Below are positions 8,744 through 17,629 of a stretch of DNA of 33,789 nucleotides, one piece after another. Source of the DNA: Chrysochromulina tobinii (taxonomy: Eukaryota); contig JWZX01002920.1 of assembly GCA_001275005.1 (NCBI GenBank), forward strand, positions 1 to 33,789, read 5' to 3'. The notes under the pieces are model-generated. The model did no database searches, was not told the DNA's origin, and worked only from the letters and a program-made list of their open reading frames with translations. Position numbers and translations under genes: made by a program. The stretch's first letter is position 1; each line of letters starts with the position of its first letter.

Positions 8744-11663
8744 ATGGTCACGATCCATCGTTTGAATAGTGGTGGGGATGAGGTCATAAGGTTGCGAGCA
8801 GGCCAAAATGTTGTGCTTGGTCGCCACCCCACCGAATGCGATGCAACATTCTTCATGAAAATTGACTCAAAACGAGTCTCGCGAGTCCACGCGCGCATCT
8901 GCTACGACGGACGGCAGGCGACAGTCAAGGACTGCTCCAGATACGGCACCTTCTTGAATGGCATGCGCATCGATGCCAAAAAGCCCCCTGTGCTGCTCAA
9001 GAGCGGTGATGTAATCTCGGTTTGGCAGTCGAAGACTGCTGGATTTACTCCTGCTCTGGCCAGCTTCGAAATTACTGTCAAAGAGCAGGGCAAGGCACGC
9101 GAGCTGCCAACTGCCGCTGCAGCTGTTCTCGACGATGGCGCTGCGGCATCGGTCGACGAGGTCGAGGTCGAGGTCCATAATGACATTTGCGGTGCTGGTG
9201 GCGGCAGCGGCACGGGTATGCTTGCGATGGTGAGCAGTGAGGGCGGCTCCTCGTTCGAAGGCCAAGACGGCGCCTCGCAGCCACGTGGAGTGGCTGTCAA
9301 GAGGGAGCAACCTGACGAGCCAACCGAGGAGCCACAGGCCACACGTTTACGCTCGATGCGCAGAACTCTTGTGAAGGGCGGTGACATAGAGGGCGGCGAC
9401 GTGGTTGGCGGCGGTGCCGGTACCCAGGACGAGCTGCGTTGGGGCGAGTTCCGTGCCATGCTCCCGACCTTGAGCGTCGAGGGGCTGCGTCCGATCATGG
9501 GGAAGCTGAACCGCGACAGCCTCGTAACGCTATTCGAACGGGCGAACGTGTCTCGCAAGAAGACGCTTTTGCAGCTGTTCGCGTGCGAAGGCTCGGTTGA
9601 TGTTGTTCGCTACCTCGTGCAGACCTACAGGCCACTCGTGGAGTCGCCAGATGCGTTTGGGGAGTGGGTGAACAAGCGTAATGAGGGCGAGAGTGCCTTG
9701 CACCTCGCCGCTCATAACGATCACTTTGAGGTGGCCGATGAATTGCTGCGGAACAACGCCGATGTGCATGCCAAGGACACGGAGGGCATGACACCCCTCG
9801 TTCGCGCGATTGCCAAGCTCGGCACTGTGCACCTGGTCAGTCGGTTGCTTGAAGCTGGCGCCAAGCCGGATGAGGCCGATAAGAAAGGCAACACGTCGCT
9901 GCACTGGGCGCTAGATAAGGGCGAGACACTCATGGAGGGCGACGACGACAAGTGGGGTGCCAAGTCATCAATGAGGTCGTACCTCTCGTCAAGCTTCTCC
10001 TTAAAGCGTGTCCTCGTCTAGCTACAATGAAGGCTCATGACGGCGGCGATCCTCTCGTGTGGCTGCTGCTGAAGAGTGACAAGTTTGCGAAGAAGAAAGA
10101 TGTCCAGGACCTCGCAGCGTTGCTTGTGCAAGCTGGTAGTGATCCAGATGAGCTCTCGCCGCTGCTGATCTCACCGTGGGTAGAAGAAGAGATTCAGCCA
10201 GACACGAGGACGGCTCGACAGCTCGCCGAGAAATGTAAGATACGGCTGCCGCCCAACAAAGGCCTGACGAGGGCTGTGCCCTCGTTCGCGAGCGATCACG
10301 ACGACGACATGCTCCGCGCGGTCGACACGCACGACGACGCCGACCACAATGTTTTTGATAGTGACGAGCTCGTCGCTGATGGGGGTGCACACGTAGACGA
10401 CGGCACCATCGCTCAGCGCCTTTCTCGTCACCCTCCGCCGCCGCCCACAAGCGGCGTCACGCCATTCGCCATTGTTCCCGCGTCAAGACGCGAGCTGAGC
10501 TCATTGCCGCTGCTAGGCATGATCGCTGCGGTGGATGATTTAGTCTCCATAATCGACGGCGACCGCATCCCCTTGCATGCCAAACAATGGGCTGCACAGG
10601 TGTGCGCCGCCCAGGGGGTCTGCTACTTCATGGACGGGCCGTTACGAACCCAATTTGAGGAGCTACGCGCGCGGCCGGGGCTGCCGACGGTCGACATTAC
10701 TTCACACCAACTTGACTGCTGCCGACGGTCGCAAACCGGTGCTGGTAGCAGCTCGAGCCGGGGTCGGAAGATTCTTCCGGTACAACGTCTAACGCCGGTG
10801 GCGCCTGGTCAGCTGGTCTATTTCGAATCGACCACTTGCCTGCTGCACGAGAGCATCGAGCGCTTCATGGACGCGCTGCCACCGGGAGCGGTTCTTCCGG
10901 AGCTAGAGGTGGTTGCAGTCGACGCAAGTGATCCTCGCAAGGAGCTGCATGGCCAGTCCAAACTTGTTCTCTCGGCGCACTCGCAGCGCGTGCTCGCGAA
11001 GTACGAGATGCTTGGCATCTATACGGGAAGACTCTACTTGTCCAGCGAGGATCCGCCGCCGCAGCCCTCACTCCAGGCAGTCTTGGATTCGATTGGCTTC
11101 GTGTATCAGTTTCAAGAATGCTCCGAGGAGATCTGCGGTGACGCCAAGCTTAACGTCGACGCCTTTGATAATTACGGCAACAAGCTCATGGCAGCCAACG
11201 ATGCCAACACGTGCGGCAAGGTGGTGTCTGGCCACAACGCTCGCTTTGTCGAGTTTAAGTACAAAGGTTGGCCCCATGTGGGCATCTTCGCTGCGCAGAT
11301 GATCAATCCGGGCGATGAGATCCTTGTTCCATGTATGTTGGCAAGGCTTGAACTCGTGCGGCGCCTTGTCCTCCCCTGAAAATCTGCCTTTTTGTTATGA
11401 TGTCTCATCGCCACATTTTGGCTCTCGTCGTCACAGATACAGAAAAGTACTGGTCGATGTACAACCTTCTCGATGAATGCTTCGCAGAGCCTGTGAACGT
11501 GCTGCGCCGCAACGCCCGATGTGTGCGTCAAAAGTTTGACCTGGCCTTACATGAGTTGCGCGACAAACTCTCTGAAGCTGAAGAAAAGATTCAGGAGCAG
11601 GGACGGGAGATTCAGGAGCTGCGACAGCAACGACATGTACCGGAGGCCCAGCAGCGAGCATGA
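8744..11663 (+). CDS. FHA + ankyrin repeats + SET-domain putative lysine methyltransferase with C-terminal coiled coil; one apparent 1-bp frameshift (~9953-9958) and intron 11333-11436 (~938 aa if repaired)
   Basis: FHA: VVLGRHP...SKRVSRVHARI...DCSRYGTFLNG. ANK: GESALHLAA, GMTPLVRA, GNTSLHWA. SET: LGIYTG, VDAFDNYGNKLMAANDA, NARF, INPGDEILVP|YTEKYW, where splicing GTATGT..CACAG completes the GxEIxxxY..YW motif. The last exon ends in a coiled coil (ELRDKLSEAEEKIQEQ). Confidence 0.8.
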
Positions 11664-12655
11664 GGAATGTGCGAGATCAATGGGGCAGAGAGAATCAACA
11701 TATGCCACAACCTGTCTGGTGCTGCTGTGCTGGTGCTATACACACACATGACAGAAATGATATTAATTGCGTTCCGTTCATGAATTTACACCCGAAGACG
11801 AGACTTCTGAAGCGTGTTGACGAGACTACTTCAGCGACAGTGGTGGGTAGTGTTAGAAAGAAGAAGATTGTAAAGCAGTCAGCTCTCCGACGTCTCAGCT
11901 GTGCATGTACAGTGCGACCGGACGCAGGGAGTCGGACCTGCGGTGACAGTCTTGCTGGCGTGGCATGCTTGCTGGTCCGATCCTGCGCTCGGTGAGCACT
12001 TTGTCGGTGGCCCGCCCGAGCGTCCCCGTTCTCACGCCACCACCGTCCGGTCCTGGTGCAGCGTGCTTTCGTTTGACACGTCACACGACCTCCCGTCCGC
12101 CATTTGCGTAGTGCGATGTGGGTACGGGATAGGACGCGCGACGGGAGTAATTGTGTGTATGTGAATGTGTGTGCACCTCTGCACCACCTTCAAATTCCCC
12201 CACCGCACATCAGGGGGTCCCTTCAGCACTCGGTCGGCGGTCGCCGTGTACAGATAAAACTCACTCACTATGATCTATGTGTGTGGGGACCCCACGTGAT
12301 CATAGGACCCTCACGTGATCAGTTAATATGTGCAATCCCAACTCCGGTTTCACAGGAAGCAGCTCCGGCAGGAGAGGCGTTAACTTATGTGGCGCTTTTG
12401 GCTTTTTCGTTTTTGGCTGGGCGATTATCCGGAGTGGAGCCATGAGTGGAGCTCACTGAGTTACAAAATCAGGTGGTGGGGATAGTGTGTGAATCTAGAG
12501 AGAATCCCTTTGGGTCAAATGCTCACCGGTACGCGCGAACCCAGTGGTCCGTGCAGTGTTTGCGGTAATGAAAAATGAAGCGGTACGGTAGCCGAGCTGT
12601 AGCAACTAACAAGCTTCAGAAGCTCCTTCTGCTGGACAGCCCCAGTACCGTACAC

Positions 12656-14658
12656 CTAAACAGCGCGCGCAAAGCTGGAGAGGTCGTAGCCAGCCTCCTC
12701 GTACATGGCTCGGACCTGGGTGCGAACATTTGGACCCAGGACGTCCTCCGTCGCCCAAAGGAGCCATTCGGCATGAATTTGTTTGTCTGGGTCATAGGCC
12801 AGAGCCTCGCCATGCGCACGCGCGCCGCTAAATTGAGGTTGTATAGTGAAGAAGAGCACACGGCGCGGGAGGGGGCCGCTCTGCTGTTGTCCAGGCCCGC
12901 GGTGGATGAGCGTCGGAAGGCCGAGCACAGCGTCACCTGCTCGCGGGCTGGTTGGCCCGATGGGCCGCATGCGAGCGATGGTTTCGGTGGGTCGGAAGAG
13001 CAGCTCGCTGTACGCCTCGAGCAGCTGCGTTGCGTCGTGTCGCTGCTGCTCCTCCTCGCTCATGGCCCGCGTCGCACTGCACATCTTGCCCGTGCTTTCA
13101 CAACAAAAGCCTTCATCGAGGTGGAGGCGCTTGCGCGCCTCCGCATCGGGCACTGCAATGAACTTGGAGCAATGGCAGCACTCGCTCCATAGCATCGTGG
13201 GGAAAGCCACGCTCGCGCTGTATGGCACCCCCTCTGTCGGGAGCTGTCCGGGGCGCAGATGGCAGATTCCAAAACACTCACGATTCCAAAAGTCGTCGCT
13301 ATGGGGGATCTGAGGCGCGGAACCCTGCAAAGGGGGCACAGGGGGGACGGCCCTCAGTGCGCTCTCTCATTATGGCTCACCATCGCCCTGGACACCACAT
13401 ACGGACGTCAGTGGCCATAACACAACCATCCGGCGTGATGGTACAGCGACTCTTTGGCGCCTGTGCTCACCTCCAATGACTCGAGTAGCTCCAATCTCAA
13501 TCTCAAGCTCAAGCTCAATCTCAAGCTCAAGCTCAAGCTCAAGCTCAAGCTCAAGCTCACCTCCAATGACTCGAGAAGCTTGAGGTTGGGCACCACGAAT
13601 CTCGTCACCCCAAATAGGTGCTCGGCGGCGGCGCGTACAGTCGGATGGGCAGACAGCGCCGAGCGCACTGCTTCGGCGAGGACAGGTGAGGACGTTGCCA
13701 AATCGAGCTCGCGCGCATTGGAGATGGGGTAAGCGCTCGCGTCCATGGACAGATCGGCCAGCAGGGCGCAGAGGTCGGCGGGAAGCAGCTGCGGACGGGG
13801 CCATCGAGCCATGCATGCATCAGGACAATCGTAATCTCAACATCATCATAATCAGGCGCGACGCACCTCGACAAAGCAGAGGCCATCAGAGGCTTTCAGG
13901 GGCATTCAGAGGCATTCAGAGGCGATCACCTGCTCGACCTCGACGAAGCCATGCCAATCGATTCGGGCAGGGTCGGCATTGTGTAGGGCTGGCAGTGGGA
14001 TAGAGGGCTGGCCACGCGAGGGCTGGCCACTTGGCTGCGGCAAGCGAATCCGCCTGGGCGGCTGCTTGGGCGTCGATGACGCCAAGGAGCGCCGCGCCCT
14101 TGACTGAGGAGTCGATCGCTGTTGTGGGGACCTTTGATTGCACGTTGGGCCTCCAAGGTGCCCGGCTAGCCCACGATAGCAGCAGACGCCCACGGCCTTC
14201 CTGCACAGCCGACAACCTCTCGGCTGGTCCTCCATGGCGCGTACCACGGTGCTATCCGTGGCACTCACCGTGGTGCTTATCATGGCGTTTGGTGCTGATG
14301 ATAGCCAAGCGCTGATGCCCTTCGGACCAGCCGCCCAGCCGCTGACCGGCTCAGCCTCCATGCAAACGGCCCGGCTCCCATCGACAGGCGAGCCCTCTTC
14401 GTGTTCAACCGTCATGGTAGGTGTCGGTGCATCGTCTGCTATCTTGATGAACTTTGAGAGAACACGCGCTTCCACATCACCATCTTCATACTCGATTTCA
14501 TACGAGCCGTCGTGGTTGATACGGCGCACCGTGCCCAAGAACCACCGTGTCCGCTTCTCCCCGAGCTCCGAGGCCCTGAAGCGCGCAGTGACAGTACATC
14601 CGATCGATAGTTGCTTCGAGACCGCTCCTCCGAGCTCGGGTGGACCGGATGAGCGCAT
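12656..14658 (-). CDS. Tudor-like + Cys-rich + PhyH-like 2OG-Fe(II) dioxygenase with inserted CW-type zinc finger; 3 exons: 14658-13930, 13788-13561, 13324-12656 (~541 aa)
   Basis: Tudor-like VTARF...RWFLGTVRRINHDGSYEIEYEDGDVE. Two phase-0 GT..AG introns join HGFVEVEQ|LLPADLC and LKLLESLE|GSAPQIPHSD. HxD at 13303-13295, distal His in GDAVLGLPTLIHRG (12904-12902), 2OG-binding RRVLFF. CW-like WSECCHCSKF..P......FCC.....C at 13189-13079. Confidence 0.78.
13490..13560. repeat. (CTCAAG)n hexamer microsatellite in intron 2 of the dioxygenase gene
   Basis: About 11 CTCAAG/CTCAAT units, flanked by a duplicated GCTCACCTCCAATGACTCGAG (13465-13485 and 13555-13575). Confidence 0.95.
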
Positions 14659-14840
14659 TTTCCTGCGGCTGAAATCTCAACGTTTTCCCCACAAGTGAAG
14701 TCGGCCCGGCGCGAGCGAGCCCCCATTCATTCTCGGCGTGGGAGCCCCATTCACAATGTGCACTGAACATTCCACAACCGCAATCCCGCGCTTTTCAGCG
14801 GCATCGACCTACTCATCGACCTTGAACAGGCAAGCGCGTC
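14659..14840. promoter_or_regulatory. Probable bidirectional promoter between the dioxygenase and PRMT-like genes
   Basis: Divergent ATGs at 14658 (-) and 14841 (+) with a 182-bp spacer. Inferred from geometry only. Confidence 0.5.
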
Positions 14841-17204
14841 ATGAGTACGGCGAAGCGCAGCGGAACGTACAACCCGGCCGAGCACGGGCTCGCCAAATAC
14901 TTCTTGAGCATGCTCGACGATAAAGATCGCAACGTGAAGTACGGTGAGGCTATCAAAAAATGCATTGAGGAGTTTGAGACCAAAGAGCAGCGGAAGCCGC
15001 GCGTGCTCGACATCGGCATTGGCACCGGCATGCTCTCGTCGCTGTGCCTGCTGCACGGGGCGGCACACGTTACCGGCGTCGACGTGAACAGTACCATGGT
15101 AGGCCTCGCGCGGGCGTCGCTCAAGGCGCTTGACCCAACCGGTAAGCAGCACAAAGTGCTGCTCGTCCGCCCAGGACCGAGCGCGCTACCCCCCGAGGAG
15201 CGCTTCGATATGGTCGTGTCCGAGATCCTCGGTACGCTCACCACGTCCGAGTCCATGTTCAAGTACGTGTCCATCTACCGTCACCATCTCAACACGTTTG
15301 GCGCTGACCACAAGGTCTATGCGGTGCCCCAGCAAACGACGCAGTACGCGGCGCTCCATCGGTTCTCGCGACAGGATCTGGGCGAACCGCTATCTGCGGC
15401 GCTCGAGGTCGCGCTTCATCTTAACCGCGACGCATTCGGCCGCTTCATGCCCAGCAACGAGGGCGGCCTCGCGCTCCCCCTCTACCTGTGGAAAAGCGAG
15501 CTCGTGGGCGGCAAGCGGCATGCAATCCACACCGAGAGCTACGAGGCACTGCCGCCGCGCGCCGAGGGACAGGGCGCTGACGGAGGCGGCGGCGGCAGCT
15601 TCGTCGCCAACGGGCTCGAGCGTCCCGTCGTGTACGAGGCCGAGACGCTCAACACGGCTTGCGATGAAGACGCATTCGTGCTGTGCGTGCTCGAATGGTC
15701 AGTCAAGCTTTGGGGCGACGTGAAGCTCGATAACACTCTCGAAGCTTACCGGGGCATGCCTCTGCGCAACGCGCTCGCGCGCGCGTCCGCGTGGGGCTTC
15801 TTCATCGCCGACGTGCCGTCGCTTCGGTCGGGCGTGCCGCGCCGCGCGCCCTTGACGGTGCGTGCCAACCGCATGAACGCGGCTGCAGGCCAAGGGACCC
15901 CTGAGCTCGTGATCGATGGGCACCGCGTGGCAAATGTGTGTGAGGAGCCGGCACCGTATGTGGCGATGGCGGCCGACGCCGACGCGGCCGATCGCCTGTT
16001 CGAGGCGCTCAAGGCGCTGCGAAGCGCGGGCGCTTCCGCCGCGGCAGCGCCAGTCCGTTCCTCGCCCAGGATAGGCAACGGAAAGCGGAAGGTCGACGAA
16101 GCTTCGCTCCCAGGTAGCCCTAGCAAGCGGGCGTGTAAGTCGGAGCCCCAGCGTGTGCAGTCGGAGCCCCAGCGTGTGCTCATTGTCAACGACACCACGG
16201 CCGGCAAGTTGCCGTTCGAGGCCGCGGTCCTCGGCTTCGATGTCAACGTGGTGAATGATGACCAATTGGCGACTGAGGCTGGGAAGCGAGCAGTGGAGGC
16301 GCTCGCTGCTGCCGCGGCGCCGTCGTCGGAGGCCAAGCCAGGTCGAATCAGCTGGCACGTGGGCCGTGTGGCCACCGGCGGCGCCGAGGCGCGCAAGACG
16401 CGTGGCGCGTTCATGCCCAGTAAGCAGTACGATGCGGTGGTGCTCGGCGCAGCGCTGCTCGACGAGATGCGCGACGACAAGCATCGGCTGGAGCACAGCA
16501 AGGCCATCGTCGATCGCTGGTCTAAGACGCGCAAGGGCATTCCCGAGCCCGCCCAGCTCCACGAGACGGATCATGCATTCGATCGAGCGGACTTTTACAA
16601 GCACTCGCTCCCCGAAGCGTTTAAGGGGCGCCGATGCCTGGCTGGGGTCGAGGGGGCGCTTCGCGCGCTCGGCGAGCCGTGTGCGCAGGCCGATGGCGGT
16701 GCGCCTTTCGCGACCAATGACGACGGCCTCGTCTTCCACGGAGTCCACACCGTCCGCATCGATCGGCTTTACCAGGCGCTCGAATCGCCCATGGAGGCGC
16801 CCAAGGCTGAAGAAACTCCGGTGCCGCGGCGGGAGACGAACGGAGAAAGCCGGAGGCGCTCACGCATCAAGACCTCGTCGGTCTGCGCCTCGTCTGCGGA
16901 CCGATCGGCGCCATCGGACGAGCCATCGGCTGCGGGGGCGGCCGACGCGGACGAGATCCGCGCCGGCGTGCGTGAGTGCTCTGCAAAGCTGCCCGATGGG
17001 GAAGAGTCACTCGCCGCGACCCTCGAGGCCTTCGCCAAGCTGCTTAACTCTGACGACCCTCGAGGCCTTCAACAGGTGCTTGAACAGTCAGTTGCAAAGC
17101 TCAGCCGTGGCGCACGCTCCGCCGTGGCTCGTGCCACATACCTCGGCGTCAAGCTGCGCCTGAGGCGCGAAGCGCCCAAACGGCCCAAGACGGCGGCGGC
17201 CTGA
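14841..17204 (+). CDS. Protein arginine methyltransferase-like (PRMT7/PRMT9-like), 787 aa, intronless
   Basis: Motifs: SMLDDKDRNVKY, VLDIGIGTGMLS (motif I), VTGVD, FDMVVSEILGTLTTSES (double-E loop). A degenerate second Rossmann-like segment RVLIVNDTTAGKLPFEAA follows. Basic NLS-like stretches GKRKVD..PSKR and PKRPK. Confidence 0.8.
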   Translation: MSTAKRSGTYNPAEHGLAKYFLSMLDDKDRNVKYGEAIKKCIEEFETKEQRKPRVLDIGIGTGMLSSLCLLHGAAHVTGVDVNSTMVGLARASLKALDPTGKQHKVLLVRPGPSALPPEERFDMVVSEILGTLTTSESMFKYVSIYRHHLNTFGADHKVYAVPQQTTQYAALHRFSRQDLGEPLSAALEVALHLNRDAFGRFMPSNEGGLALPLYLWKSELVGGKRHAIHTESYEALPPRAEGQGADGGGGGSFVANGLERPVVYEAETLNTACDEDAFVLCVLEWSVKLWGDVKLDNTLEAYRGMPLRNALARASAWGFFIADVPSLRSGVPRRAPLTVRANRMNAAAGQGTPELVIDGHRVANVCEEPAPYVAMAADADAADRLFEALKALRSAGASAAAAPVRSSPRIGNGKRKVDEASLPGSPSKRACKSEPQRVQSEPQRVLIVNDTTAGKLPFEAAVLGFDVNVVNDDQLATEAGKRAVEALAAAAAPSSEAKPGRISWHVGRVATGGAEARKTRGAFMPSKQYDAVVLGAALLDEMRDDKHRLEHSKAIVDRWSKTRKGIPEPAQLHETDHAFDRADFYKHSLPEAFKGRRCLAGVEGALRALGEPCAQADGGAPFATNDDGLVFHGVHTVRIDRLYQALESPMEAPKAEETPVPRRETNGESRRRSRIKTSSVCASSADRSAPSDEPSAAGAADADEIRAGVRECSAKLPDGEESLAATLEAFAKLLNSDDPRGLQQVLEQSVAKLSRGARSAVARATYLGVKLRLRREAPKRPKTAAA

Positions 17205-17262
17205 AGCCATGCCTGAAGCGCCCAAACGGCCCAAGGCGCCCAAGACGGCGGCGGCCTGAAGC
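17169..17262 (+). repeat. Local duplication of the PRMT 3' end/stop codon into the 3' UTR
   Basis: GAAGCGCCCAAACGGCCCAAG and GCCCAAGACGGCGGCGGCCTGAAGC each occur twice within ~90 bp. Confidence 0.85.
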
Positions 17263-17629
17263 AGGGGCGCTGACTGGCCATCGAGAACTTTTCGTCCGTA
17301 CATGTATGCATGCCGTGTGAGTCTGAGGGTACAGGGTTTCTTCTGTTACTTGTTCGGGTGCTTGGGTTGGCGCACAAAAGGAAAACGCGAAAGCGCCGTA
17401 AAGGACCGCGATCCGATCGCCCAACCCCCCTTACGCGCGCCGCCCCAACCCAGCGCAGGTGCTGCGTGCTGGGCCCGACACGCGCGCTCGGTCGTACCCC
17501 GAGTGTCTAAGAGAGATTTGCATATGGGGATTTGTGAGTCAATTTGCATTTGGTGCTTGTTGAGTGTTGAGACGGACGGGAACGTTCTCGACGACGACGA
17601 TACACATACAGTCAATCATACAGTAAAAA

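Noticed and set aside
9945..9965. Programmed ribosomal frameshift
   Set aside because: No X XXY YYZ slippery heptamer; sequence error is more parsimonious.
12575..13192. 205-aa + strand ORF
   Set aside because: Antisense to the dioxygenase catalytic exon and has no motifs.
13370..13816. ORFs with poly-EL, poly-KL or poly-SL tracts as independent genes
   Set aside because: They arise from the (CTCAAG)n intronic repeat; only 13561-13788 (-) is supported as an exon.
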